This document shows, piece by piece, positions 38,943-52,572 of a DNA stretch of 64,000 nt. The notes below the pieces were generated by a model. That model made no database searches. It worked only from the letters and a program-made list of their open reading frames with translations, and was not told the origin of the DNA. The stretch comes from Lingula anatina. Its lineage: Eukaryota > Animalia > Brachiopoda. The position numbers were made by a program, and so were the translations under genes. The stretch spans positions 16,988,001 to 17,052,000 of the forward strand of contig CM120640.1 in NCBI GenBank assembly GCA_051362555.1. The letters are read 5' to 3'. Each line of letters starts with the position of its first letter. Within the stretch, counting starts at the first letter, position 1.

Positions 38943-41813
38943 CAGTAGGACACATACTGTCGAAAAGCGGTGTACTTCGGCACGTCATGATTGTCCATTT
39001 GCTACGTCCGCGTAACAAAATAGCACGAGAATGGCTACTCATTGAAAATGGGTACGTTGCACGTAAATCTATATTGAAAAAAAAAAAGAAAAAACTACCG
39101 TGGCTTGAACTTTTATATTTTAGAAAGTGAATACGCATTTGTTCTTCTGTCGAAAAAGTGCATAGTTTTACCAATAAACCGTCAAGAATTCTTACCACCG
39201 CGTCCTGAATTCAGAGGACGGAATTTTTTACAAAACCAAAAACGCATATGCCTAGGGAGGGACTATAATGCGAGAAATTTGTTTACAAATATAACATTCG
39301 CTTAAATTGCGAAAAATGATTGCTAACGTATCAAGGTTTTCAATTTTTTAAGGAAAATCCCGCACACTCTTTGGTTTGTCAGTCTCGACGGAAAATTTGG
39401 GAAGTTGTCAAAATCAGCGGAAATTTACTCCCGCGCAAAACCATCGAATAAAATACCCATTTTTGCCGCCCTTCAAGCAAATAAACACCTTTATTCACTC
39501 TAAAAAGTTCCAAACTAACCTCAAATTTCACATAAGGTTCTATGATCCACACTAAGCAGCAAACTACTGACCTTGAACTGGTTTGATTCGTAAATATCAT
39601 GTGACAGAAGTCATGTGACATGCGGATAGGGCCTTCAAATTATACTTTTCTTAAGTTCAGTGTCATCACAAATAAGGTTTTCAGTTTATTGGGACAATGA
39701 CTGCATGAAATAATAAAAATATAACTTAAATTTAATACTGAAGAACCAATTTTGCCTCTCGTTTTGCGAGAGTTCGCCCAAGGAGTTATAACTGTTATAA
39801 CTCCTTGGTTCGCCTGACCTATTTTCATTGGAAATCCCGCAATTTTATCACGAGGGTGGACAGGTTGAGTAAATTGTGCGGCCAGTTTTGAACTTGCGGA
39901 AATTTCTGACCTACACATGTAAACTATATTTGTAGATTGTCACGAGGTAGGTATAGATTTTCAACAGAAGTCAGAAGTTATACTTTATAGTTTTTTCGTC
40001 AAAAGTTATACCTTCCCCCCATCTTCAAGAACAAAATTACATGCGCTAAATATCTATAGATTAGATGGTCACTATAATTTTTTAATAATAATTGATTAAT
40101 GCTGCATATTAATAGGCGATGGTTTTCAACTTATTGTTGGCTTATAATACTCAAACAGAAAGACAAAAAGGAATGGGAAATGAAAAAAGGAGGGAAACAG
40201 ACATTTTGCAGTTTAGTATACATTAATCATGCCCTCTCTAAGATTCATGAGCAAAATTTGCAAAATAATGCAAAATAATGATATTGCGATTAATGTTGAA
40301 ATTGACACTATTTTGAAATTATATACATTATCACACTTGATCACAAAGCTTTAATGTATTTTATGACATTTTTCTTTTCATTTTATTCACAGTATAACTA
40401 GTAAACACTGTGACAAAAAAGGTTCACATGTTCTTAAAAAGCCGGTTGTACTTGATAATTAATGCAAATGAAGTGTACTGGTAATGCATTGTAATGTCTT
40501 GGAATTTTTTTTTCCAAAAGTATTTAACATAAAACAACCAAAGAGTGCATTTTTAAATTATATCATTGACAGTCCAACACATGGTATAGATTGTAACAGC
40601 ATGATGCCTTGGTTTTGAAGGTGGATTTATTACTATAATCATGTTAATTTATCATTTTTTTCTACTATCATAACAGTCCAGATAAAATTGTTCAACATGT
40701 TTCACTATGTTGTATATGTTGAATAAAGAATTTGAAAGAAATATATATATTCGTTAAAAATACTTATCTGTCAATAAAAAATGAAGGAAACGATCCACTC
40801 ATCTTATCAATGTCACATGTAACACAAATAACATTTAAAATACAGGGCCAAGTTTTATAAAGGACATTTAGCACTAACCAGTGTTTAACTCTAACCAGAC
40901 CTAAACAGTCTGGTAGTTAACTGACCTTTATAATAATTATTTAATCTAGTTAAACACTGGCCAGTTAACTAATTGGTTGTTTTCCGTCAGAAGACTGTAT
41001 ATGAAACACAATTTAACCATCTTTTAGTTAATGGGTGTTAGGAGAATTTATTCACTGGTTAGGCTTATCCACTGGTTAGTGCTAAAACGACCTTTATAAA
41101 ACTAGGCCCAGATTTTTTTAGCTTGCACATTTACCACTGAAAATTTTGACCAGCGCCTTAGATATTGTTTTTGCATAAATATCAGTCATAGCATCGTAAT
41201 ATGGAATTGGGACTAAAACCTATACAGACAGTAACATACATCAAAAAAAAAAAAAAAAAAAAAATAGAATTACCGACCATATTTAACACAAATATCCGCC
41301 AAAGTGGGAACAGATAAAAATGTAAACAAACATTCAGTTGGGCTCGTCTTGGCCGATATATGACGTCAAATCTTGTCTTGACACGATCTTCCTACAAATA
41401 CAGCTAAAGCATTTGTTTACAACGATAGATTTGAATAAAATTTAAGCCACACAATTATGGCTTTTAAACACATTAGGCAGGCTCTGGAATTTCCCGCACA
41501 CTCTCTAGTTTGCAAATTAAAATGAAAGTTACGATGTTGCCAAGGAAAAATGTCACCGCGACGTGTGAGTTTGGCGAACATAAACCCGGTCAAATCAAAC
41601 ATTTCAAAATGAAATATTATATGGGTATGAAGCTTAAATGCCCAATTAATATACCCACTGATTGGAAGTATTAGATATTTACTTTTGCAGATAATATTGA
41701 CATTTTTCGGTCAAATTTTTATTGTTTCACAAAACGAACGCGACGTAACGTAATGGCGCATGAAAATTAAAACGACGTAAAATCCCTACGCCGTGACAGT
41801 ATGTGTCCTACTG
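38943..41813. mobile_element. 2.87-kb non-autonomous DNA transposon inserted in a gene B coding exon
   Basis: Perfect 19-bp TIR CAGTAGGACACATACTGTC; 4-bp TSD ATCT (38939-38942 / 41814-41817). Removing it restores ..DISIDDIFKVMKTK.. No transposase ORF recognised. Confidence 0.92.
40846..41108. mobile_element. PIF/Harbinger-like MITE, copy 2, nested in the 2.87-kb element
   Basis: Same TIR family in the opposite orientation; 3-bp TSD CAG/CAG. Confidence 0.8.
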
Positions 41814-44800
41814 ATCTATGGAAATATCTGTGCCCTTCTCCACACTGTCATCCGAGTGTTCCCAGTTGAGTTCCATGTAGGGGTTTTCCGGCAGAGGGTT
41901 ATTTGGAAGTTCGTAATCTGTATGAAGATTTTAAAAAAGGGAAATACAGTTGATGGGGATAACCATTAATAGGCCCATTATCTTAAACTTAGGCCTACTT
42001 GTTTTATCAACTGGTGAAATAAATAAAAATAAAAACTGAAGCATGCACTAGGCATTTACGTAAATATGGTATATGTGTTTCAATTTTTATTCCTCATTTG
42101 TTCGAATCTACAACAGGATATCCAAAGCATAGGCCCTATAGGCCTACACTTCGAAAATTGTACAAGCCTCAAATCACGCCATTGAAGCTGTACTGTAGGC
42201 CTACATATCTGTCATCCAATATAGCCTACGCCCCTGAAATTCATTCTACATACCTTCTCTGTCTTTCTTTAGATTTAACGTCGTCATTTCTCTTTCAGGT
42301 GAACCACTTGGACGGTTGGCTTCGCATCCAAGCCCCCGCCTTCTAACAAAGTTTAACATAGGTCTATTGTGAGTCATACAGGATATAAAATATATAGGCC
42401 TAAATTTATTGCAAATTTACTGGTGTAGCTCTTACCGATACGTACTACCAAATGCCCTCCTATGTTAATAAATTAATCGTTTCTATTTCTATAGAGTAGA
42501 TCGAGACGAATGGATTGGAACGAGACAAATGGCATGTGGGTTTTATACTTTCGGACTTCGTTGCATCAACATGTTGATATGTAACTTTAATGAATATCCA
42601 TCAGGTTACACTTAAATAATGCCATACTCCTGATTGAATACAGAAAAAACTACGTGTTATACAGTACTCGATTTCCCTGAATATCCCATCATTATACATA
42701 TATATAGGCCTACCTTATATATACCAAAACTGCGATAGCCACACCTGCCACAACCAATATGGCTGCAACAACTCCTCCAACGACGCCACCGATAGGTGGA
42801 TCTAGAACATGGACAACCGGTAATCATAACATAGTTGACGTGATTGCAATGTGTGCTAAGGAAGCTGACTTTGTATCACAAATTACTGCTGATTAGTTTA
42901 CTCATATTATAAATTATTGAAATTTTGATCATTTAGACCCCATTTCCATAGATTTTAGATCGATCTATCCCTGTGGGGAGTCTCACTTGATTACTGTCAG
43001 CTTAGCCGGCTTAAGCGTCTGTCCCGCCTACTGAAAGCTGTAAGGGGGTAATTAACTATGGTGCGCGCTCGGCTGACTGCAATTTAGCGTGAACCCCCAG
43101 GGAGTTAGGTCGATCTAAATCTTAATCTCTGGATCGATCTAAATCTATGGGAAAACACCCTTAGACGTATTTCATCTGTATAATTCTATCTATTCCGTCT
43201 GCATTAGTATGACGGTTCTTTAAAGGAACTTACTGTTCTTTTTACTCTGTTGTGTTTCTTCGGGAATTTCAGTTGGAGGTACATTTGGCGCTAGAAATAT
43301 TATGATTTCTGAAGACTAATACCTGTATAATTTGGGGACTCTGGTTTAACGAATCGTGTACAGCATGCAATACAATTAAAATACCTTTACACGAAAATTC
43401 ATTAGACAAGAAAAATAAAAACTTATATTGCTTGCATTTCGCGTGTTAAAAGAAGAAATCTGCTACACGTAACAGATGGTATATAACAGTTGGAAACTTA
43501 TTTCAATTAACGTTTTAATCAGTACTTCATACCTCTAGGATGCGTCCACGTAACAAGCTGTGATGAATTCCCATACCCTGCCGACGTTCTGGCTTTCAAA
43601 CTACACGTATACCTAGTCCCCGCTGCCAAATTTTTGAAAACATTACTTCTTGTTGGCATGGTGAGATTCTGTTGTAAGTTAATATTACCATCTGCGTTGC
43701 ATTCAATCTGAAACCAATATAAAAAAATCATGGAAACAACTGTCTGTTACAAAAATATACAAGACTATAACAAAGATTCAACATCTGTACTAACAAATAT
43801 CAAATAGTTACCTTGTAACCAATTATTAGCCCATTCCTGATAAAAGGCTCTCCCCATGAAAGTTCTAAGGATGTTTCCGACCGGCGTGTAGTGGTGAAAT
43901 TAGTAGGCGGTCCAGGTTCTGTGTAAAATGATTAAAATATGTGAGACCTTTATTTCAGCTAAATAAAACTTAAACATTAACAACATAATGTCTACGCAAT
44001 ATTACTCTACTTGTTTTCACTGATTAGGAACTTGGCTTGTCTCAATTTACAAACATTTCTATTTAATACGTACTTCCTTCAACTGTTATAGTTTCAATGA
44101 TGTCACTATAATCTCCGTAACCAATGATGGTCTTTGCACGAATCTAAGGTAGAAATGGGGATTTTAGTCATCAAATAATGTCTAAAAAGGTAAATGTCTA
44201 AAATACAGATACATCAGAAGCAGTATTCAGTAACAATCTCGTCTATGCTTCCACTGTTATACATCATGTATATAATTAAAACTACAATCAGATTTTTATT
44301 TGAAAACAAAAATAGGTAAATACAATACCGTTTTTGTCAAAATACTTCATGATTCTAATAATTGTATATTGTAGGCAACAGATGCAGCTTTTTGCAACTT
44401 TGAGCTAATATACACCATTTCAGAAAAATGCATATGCGTTGAAAACTAACCCGAAACCGGTATGTTTTGTTGTATCGAAGATTTTCTATAGATTTCTCCC
44501 GAAGACCGGGGTTCACGCTAGCTTCTTTCCAGTTTTCTCCTCCAATTGCATATCCTATATCGTATTCAGTTATGATTCCTCTAGGAGGTCGTGGTGCTTC
44601 CCAATACAACTCTACGGCGTCGTGACCTCGACTTACAACGATAGGCGGTTCCATTTTTGGTGGAACTGAACAAATAAACAATAATTAGCTCGCACCATTA
44701 TTCAACCATATCTTCGAGGTAATAATGTAAAGCTCCTGTAACACCGGGATTGCGAGAACAAATTTGGACCCACTCTCACCGGTGTGTATTAAAAGAAAAA

Positions 44801-47800
44801 AGACTATAATACTTATGTCTCCTTGATTAAAACGGACAGAAAGAATGAGAAAAAAATTAAAGTGACAAACACAAGTATAATGTTCGAAATTTGGTTGATG
44901 ACGGCCGCTTTTATTGTGAGTCCCTCTAATAATTGAAATGAGGTAATTTTAGTAGCTAAAATTGAATAATTGAAGTATCGACGTTCATATTTTTCGTTGC
45001 TAGGAATAAGCAATAGCACATCGGAGTGATTGTCGTCCTGCCAGCACATATTAACTGGGGAATAAACTAAGACATAAGTTTCTTGATTTGTGGACTTTCA
45101 CTACACGAAGTCAATGACTAAGTGCCCCGTGTCGTCACAGAGCAATTGCACCAGTTGTTTGTTTCTACCAACTTACATTGTACGTTCAATGATGATAAAT
45201 ATAATCACATGCAATTGAATTGATGCAACGTGCAATTTAATGTTGCGCTTAATCCATATGCATATGTATGTGATATGCTACTCACAATACCAAGCACGGC
45301 CTTATCTGTTGAGGCACATGTACAGTTATGAATACCCAAATACGGTTCAAACTATTATCTTGGTTTTTGACTCAAGAGACGAGAACACAATTCAAACACT
45401 GTATTGTATAAGCTATTAAGTTAACCAGTAACAAAATTATCGAACAGAGGTTTTTGAACTAAAATCAACGCCGTCGTACATGTACTTATACATGCCACGG
45501 GGCTGATATCAAAACAAAAGGATTGCAGGGACCGATACAATGAATGAGACGGAGTGACTGCCACGTGCGAAAGATGGGCAGGAAATCAGCCAACTACTCA
45601 CAGAAAACCACTGACACACGTCCCTGTCAATACACACGCAACCACAAACCATTCACGCAAATGAAAATGATTGGACGGTGACCGCAATTAGGCAGTAAAC
45701 GCGGGGAAAGTCCATTCTTTGATATCACCCCATGCGCGGTGATATCAGCGTGTTCTATTCAAAGTAAGGGGGTTTGGGTGGGGAACACGCACGATTTCCC
45801 TTTGTATGTATGACAAATAACGCACTGTTACCCCCTCGCCCGATATACACGATAGCACGCCTCGCTGGCGCTCGGCATGCTATCGTGATATCGGGCTCGT
45901 GGACAGTGCATTATTTACTACATATTATATGGATTCAAAGACATATGGTTCAGTCTGTACATGTAAAAGTAGGCAGAATACCTACCTCCCTCCGGTGTGA
46001 GCCCGTAAAGTGTGAACACTGGACCTTCAAGATTCAGATTGTTCACCGCTGATATGTAGATTGTATAATTGCTGTGGGGAAGGAGGTTTTCTATGAAAAT
46101 GTCCTGACTTTGTTTAACATCCATTACTTCCACATTTACGTTGTCCCCGAACTCCCCTCTGACGGACAGTTTTAGCTTCCTGAATCCTTCACACCTGTGA
46201 ACCGCTTCCGTCATTCCCTAAGACGTGTACATGTATAGTATGGTATCAAATGAGTTTCAAATTGTGGATAAGGTTAAAAACGAGCTCGAGAACACAATTC
46301 AAATCCCATTTGCAGAAAACAACATTCGAGGATAGCTTTGAACGCTGTTTAAACTCTCTAGTGATTGTAAAACGTTGTCAACGTGTGTTGACATACATGT
46401 ATTAATCAATCTTTCATCGATTTAGTAATGAATTAGAGCATAAGATGAAGTTACATATCCATGCATATACATGTAAAACACCAGTTGCATAACTATAATG
46501 GCGCACCTGTGTTCGTATAGTAATCCGCGAAGCATTCCAATGTGCTTTCAAGGAAGCTATTAGAACTGGTTGTGGTATGATTGCAGGAGCTAAAAGAAAA
46601 CATAGCCATATGTATCTATAAGTACAGGTATGAGAGGGCGTGTGATAGGTTATGAATGTGACGTGAATTAATTGTACGTATATTAAAACAAACACACAAC
46701 TGACATTGCGTAGTATCTAAATATGAATGTCGTACTGTTTCATAAAATCTAATGAAAATGAAATTCAGATATAATGATAGATTTGATGAGCATACTGCCA
46801 CATGTCCGACTGTATATACTAGGACTTGGCTTCCCCTGTTGTCCTTCCTCGTCCTCTAAGGATACAGTGAAGTTATACACGGTGTACTCGAGGAGATTTT
46901 CAATGGTGGCCGACGTTATATCCGCAGATGAAGTTTTGGTACTATCAATAGCATGACCGTCTTTCCAGGCTCTGGTGGTGTAAGAGCGTACGCTTCCTAC
47001 ACCTTGGTTTATCCCCGGGGACCAGCTGTCCCAGGTTAAGGTGACAGAATGAACCGTTCTAGAGGTAACTGTAGGGACGTTCTCAAAATGCGGTCTTTCT
47101 GTTTGAGTGTGGTAAGAAAAGATTATATTTGCTATATCGGCATATTAAAAAAATCAAATAGATTTTTATTTTAATAGAATAAAATTGTCAAAAGTAATCT
47201 TGACTAATGAAATCTGTGTAAATGGTGACAAACATGCCTGTTTCCAAAAGTAATGCAATACATAACAGAGAGAAAGGTGACTTACGTAGATGACATCCAT
47301 AACCTTTCCAGTAGTTTGCGCATCCTTTAGTGCATTTGAAGCCATTAGCTATACTGCAGACAAAATCATCTATGCAGTGGCACGTGTATCCACATGTTGG
47401 TCCAAATGTTCCAGAGGAACACTCTGCAATTCCATTTTAGAAAGAAAATGGCATTAAACAAATCTGAAGGTTTTTGTATATTAAAAACGAAAACGTGAAA
47501 ACGAAGTTATTATTAGAATTATCTTTTGGAAAACCATCAAATTTACGGTTAATTAACTGCTCTGTCCAGATACAAAAGATAATGACTAGATGATCAGTAT
47601 GTCCAGTATATGCATGTATAATCTTCGTATAAACTGCTCCATAGTGACAGTAAGTATACTCTACTCTTTTCGGAGCCAAATGATTAAATAATAAAAAAAA
47701 AAAAACTCAGAGAGTCCAAACCTCTACCAAGGCTGCTCAATTCTCATTATTATTACTTATGCACTGATCAACTAACACTATTTAATAACTCAACACTCAT

Positions 47801-50800
47801 TATTTACTTTCATAAATTAATAAACTGATGAATTAGCCCAATGTCATTGGTCAACTGATTAATCCACTGACACACACTGCTTAGAGTTACGATATTATAA
47901 TTGATTGAATATATGGATATATTAACGGTATTTTGTTTTTCTGTCCCAAGAGGCGTGTAATATATGATATATATTGTATAAAGACAATACTAAAAACAGT
48001 TTACGGTTCATATATCACATAAATTTATTTCATCTTTATGGTGCCCTACCTGTCTGACACACGTTGTCTTCATTCCTCCAACCATCCGCACAACCAGATG
48101 TACAAGCAAGCGTTCGCCTGTCGCAAACTTCTGCTGTGTTCTTACAGTTGCAGCCATATCTGCATTCTGGACCAAACTTCCAATTATTGCAGTCTAAAAA
48201 ATATACCTTATTTTTACTTATACTTAGTATACTTCTAAATGTGTACTAATAATTGCATAAATGAGTAATAATCACATGGGCTCCCAATGAAATATTAAAG
48301 TAACTTGAGAGAAACGCACGTAGTTATCTTTCAACATAAAATAAAGATGAAAATCCAATCTGCAACAAAAAATGTATAAAAATAAGACCCTTATTACTTT
48401 TACCGAAGAAACATAGCAGTTAAATTACCTTATTTTGCATCAATTAATACAAGTTGCTAGAGTACTCTCTTACCTTGATGCTTGGACCCTTTAATCATCA
48501 CCTCACAGAGGGTCAAAGGTACATGCTGTACGTTGTTATTCAGACTAACCCTCACAGTCTTACCAACCACAGGCGCAGGATTACAGGGCAATTCAACAGT
48601 TCCACCGCGAGGTACCTTCTCCACTCGACTGGCACATTGATAAACTGTGCCATTTGCTAATTTTGCTTCGATTTCAATATTCCTTAAACGATCACCACCT
48701 AACAGATACCATAAAACAATAACTGTCTTCTGCCATTCTGATAAATTTATGCAAATAAAATTTTTTTTAACCTTGTCTAAAGTGTTTTCTGTGGCATCTT
48801 ATCCCCACGTTTTATGGACATCATTCAAATTCAAGATGTTAACAAAACATATTAAATACTCAAGCAATTACTTGGGCCTTCCCTGTTCACCAATGTCACG
48901 GAGTAGATGGAGTACGTGTCGCCAAGGTCAACTTTCCACCATGGGGCGTTTTCCTCCCGTGTATGTGAGCAACTGCCAGCTTCGAAATCCGTGTTTGTAT
49001 TGCCATCTATAGCGTATTTGGCTGTCCAATTTACATTATTGTGACGAATATAACTAGACTGACTAGCAGTCTTTCCAAAAGCAATGTTATCTGAAATATT
49101 GACAGTTAAATGTTTGCCTGCTAGACGTATTGGTTTCATTACTTACAACATGATTTTACCCTACAACATATTTACATAAAATTTATCCAACCATACATAC
49201 ATTTAGTACCGTTACAACCATTCACGATTATTGCTACAAACTGCTGCAGATAGTCCAATTCATATTTCTTGAAATTTGGTAAAAGCTTATTGTGGATATA
49301 CTATGCATGATGGTATTACTCACAGCCAAGACACAGCCGAGTTGCTGATTACGTGACACTTTAAAGATTAAAATCTTACATGGATATGTATACCCTCGGA
49401 CAGTGACTTCGCACAGCTGCAAAGACGCTGATCCTGATTTGGAGAACTTGACGTAGCGACCGAGAGCTGGAGGATCCACCGTTTGCTCGAAAGAACAAGT
49501 AGTCATCAATTGTAAGTTACCTTGTTGAGTTGTATCATTACCAATGTACATGCTGATTGTATGACCTTTAAAACAAGTAAAATGTACATCGTTAAATAAG
49601 TTATCCCTTGTTGCAGACAAGACTTGCAATTAACCATGGTATTGCATAACAATGTTGTGATAGGTTCGGCCCATGTGGGGTCCCAGGCCCTACTCCTACA
49701 AAAAGGGAATAAAACCTCATTCGCTATATAGTGACAACGTATTGCAAAATATCTTGATTGCATCATATATTTGTAAAACACTTTTTCACTCCAGGGGAGA
49801 GGGGGGAACACACTAGGGCCACACAATACATCCGTTCATAATACCCTGGATGTTGTATTGATATAGTACCGTTTATATAGACTATTTAAGGCGGGTATTA
49901 TACTATTGTACTATTTATACTAAACAACCGTATATTCAGAGCATATACTAGTAGCCCTGTCCCATCACATCTAGATATTTCTGTCAACCACATGCGTAGG
50001 TAAACAATGTTTATAGCAATGAGGATTTCTTCGCGACAAGAGGTGACATTGTACATTTTGTTTACATTTCAAATTTAATAATGGTCATGTTTGTAAGCTA
50101 AACAGAATTTATTTTTGTACTTACAGCCGCTTGACCTGATAACCGCCACAGTGCGGATGACGTAGAGACCTCCCAGATCCACCCGCCACCACGGGTTGGT
50201 GTCTTGGTTTGTTGTTGCACACATATAAACAGCAGTGCTGTTGTTTCCGTCTACCGCTAATGATGATGGGTGACTGCCCTCAATACTTGATTGTGATGTA
50301 GTCTTTCCGAAGGCTAGATTGTGTTTTTCTGAAGAAATCCCATTCAAATTACACGACTAGGCATTCTAATAATTATAAAACAACTGGCATGAACAACCTC
50401 CCAGTCGATTAATCTTATCATTCTGATGAGAGAAAAAGAAAAAGTAAGTCCACGGGGAAGGTTTACTGTACATTTGAATGGTACATGTATGTTAGGTATA
50501 ACTAGCTTTTACTTCAGTCAAATAAGTGGTTTAATCTCAATAATTTACATTTTGAAGTACGTTCTTAGACACAAGTATTTTAAACATAAAATACTGTTAT
50601 ATCTGTTGGACCCCACCTACCGTCCACACACCCTATCCCCCAGGGGTTGTCCACACAGTGACCAGGGCAGTTTGGGGACAGCGTCTTCTGACACGTTTGA
50701 CCCTGTTTGCAGAAGCACCCAGTTGTTGTGTCACATACCCAGCCGAAATATCCGTCACCAGCAGAACAGCATTGACTTTGATGTACTAAAATAAAGTATT

Positions 50801-52572
50801 TAGCCATTATGTTACTTGCAGGCCCAGATGCGTCACACAAGCGGTTGTATTTTAATCTCAACTCCTGAGGAAAACGAGATTCTCTGTCTTCCCCCTAGCC
50901 CTCAATATGACGATTTATAACAATTATTTACTTTTCTACAGGTAAAGGCACGATGCTTGATGAGATAAGAGATGCGTCTGTGCTGCGTTATTTTTTATGA
51001 CATTCACATAATTAATCGGCAACAAATAATGGAAATTTAGGTCCTATGCTTGGGGTCCCGAAAGACAGAGAGTGAGTAAGCAACATCGAACTTTTCTATT
51101 CCATTCAAAATAATATTCTTAGAACTCTGAGGATACGTTAGGTTTATGTTAACAGAGCGTTATGAATCGCGTTTGGAAAATGTTTCCAAGGGATAATGCT
51201 AAAATGAAATAGACTCATCCCACCTGACACCCCACCAATGGAATGGACTCCCACCACCTGACACCCCTCCAATTCAATGGACACGCCCCTCTGGAGACCC
51301 CTCCACCAATGGAATGGACTCGCCCCACCTGACACCCCCTATCATGGAATGGGATTGTCCACCTAACACCCTCTCAGATAGAGGACATATTCCTCGCATG
51401 TCCTCTGATGTCCTTTTCACTTACATATCCCACTGGGACTTATTCATTCTGGTGTGAGCTGAACTTGTCAGCAAGTTTATAGAATGTATTTCTTAAAATG
51501 AACTTTTAATAATTCACTAGTTCATCATAAGCACCAAACAACTATCAGGATTACATTAAGTAATATTAAAAAAATATACCTTTTTGATAAAATTCGTTAG
51601 TTTTGATAACTTTTTTAAACCCTTCGCGGAAGTAAACTCAATCAAAAGTTATATACGTTAATACAACGTGCTGGCAACGTTTCTCGGATCGATGATAATA
51701 TACGGTGGCAGAAGAGAAGTAAGTATTGTTAACGTTTGCTGATGGCCTTACCAATATAACATTATGATGTGAGAACATTATCAAAAGCTAGGTCATTTCT
51801 TTTGGCTTCCCTTCCCACCCTGAAGTAATGTTAAACGCGTTTCGTAACTCAGTCATCGGTGATTCTGATCATTATTACTATTATTATTATTATCCCTCAG
51901 TCGAAAATTTTCTTTTGAATTCGCAACACGTTTCAGTTTCTGACTTAAAAAATGCACAATTACTAGTAACTAATTCTCCTTGGGCTACGACTAACCAACC
52001 AACCTTTGATCTTTCTTTCCTGACACTCGATATAACTGTGTAACAAATTGGGAAAATTGAAAAGTCGTTAAGTAAGTTTCTAAACTCACTTAAACTCAAG
52101 ATTTTAAACTCAAAACTGTGTCAAGATAGCCAATCGACGAGTGACAAGGTTAGTCAGGGGGTGAATGATTAGATTAAATTTGGCGAAAGGTTTGGATTAA
52201 ATTAGTTTATTCTTTACTTAAAATACTCAAACCACTCCTAGTTGACTGGTCGAATCACAAGTTAATGGGGCTAAGAAATCAAGTTCTACATATATTAATT
52301 AGCAAAAAGACTATTTAAGTTACTCCATCTTTCGAGGTCCTAGTCCCATCAAATCCGCATGATTTATGACAGCTACGGTTAGCCTTACAGACTTTCACCA
52401 ACCCAAGATAACTAGCAACAGAATACGTGTGTTAAAAAATTAAACAAAAGAAGACGCTACGTAAGTTATCAAAAGGAACGTGTTCAGTTGATTAAATGAA
52501 ACCGTTCACTTAATAAAATAAAACTCATTTACCTAAGAAAATGAGGATCCATATAATCAGGAAGTAATGCAT
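41808..52572 (-). CDS. Gene B 5' part: intact lectin/EGF/FN3/TM receptor truncated by a transposon-supplied stop (~949 aa predicted)
   Basis: Exons 52533-52572 (MHYFLIIWILIFL), 50621-50785, 50125-50328, 49380-49565, 48872-49090, 48474-48698, 48050-48193 and 47286-47423 (EGF-like), 46796-47098, 46507-46589, 45986-46217, 44451-44665, 44074-44143, 43812-43918, 43533-43707, 43234-43290, 42714-42801 (TM), 42254-42342, 41808-41917. All are GT-AG with no stops until CAG TAG inside the transposon TIR. Confidence 0.78.
42935..43163. mobile_element. MITE-like repeat (family shared with 34095-34330)
   Basis: Inverted ends (T)CCATAGATTT..AGATCGATC / GATCGATCTAAATCTATGGGAA; internal similarity to 34095-34330. 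Confidence 0.6.
51212..51375. repeat. Minisatellite in gene B intron 1
   Basis: CCACCTGACACCCC..CCAATGGAATGGACTC units, about 4 copies. Confidence 0.7.
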
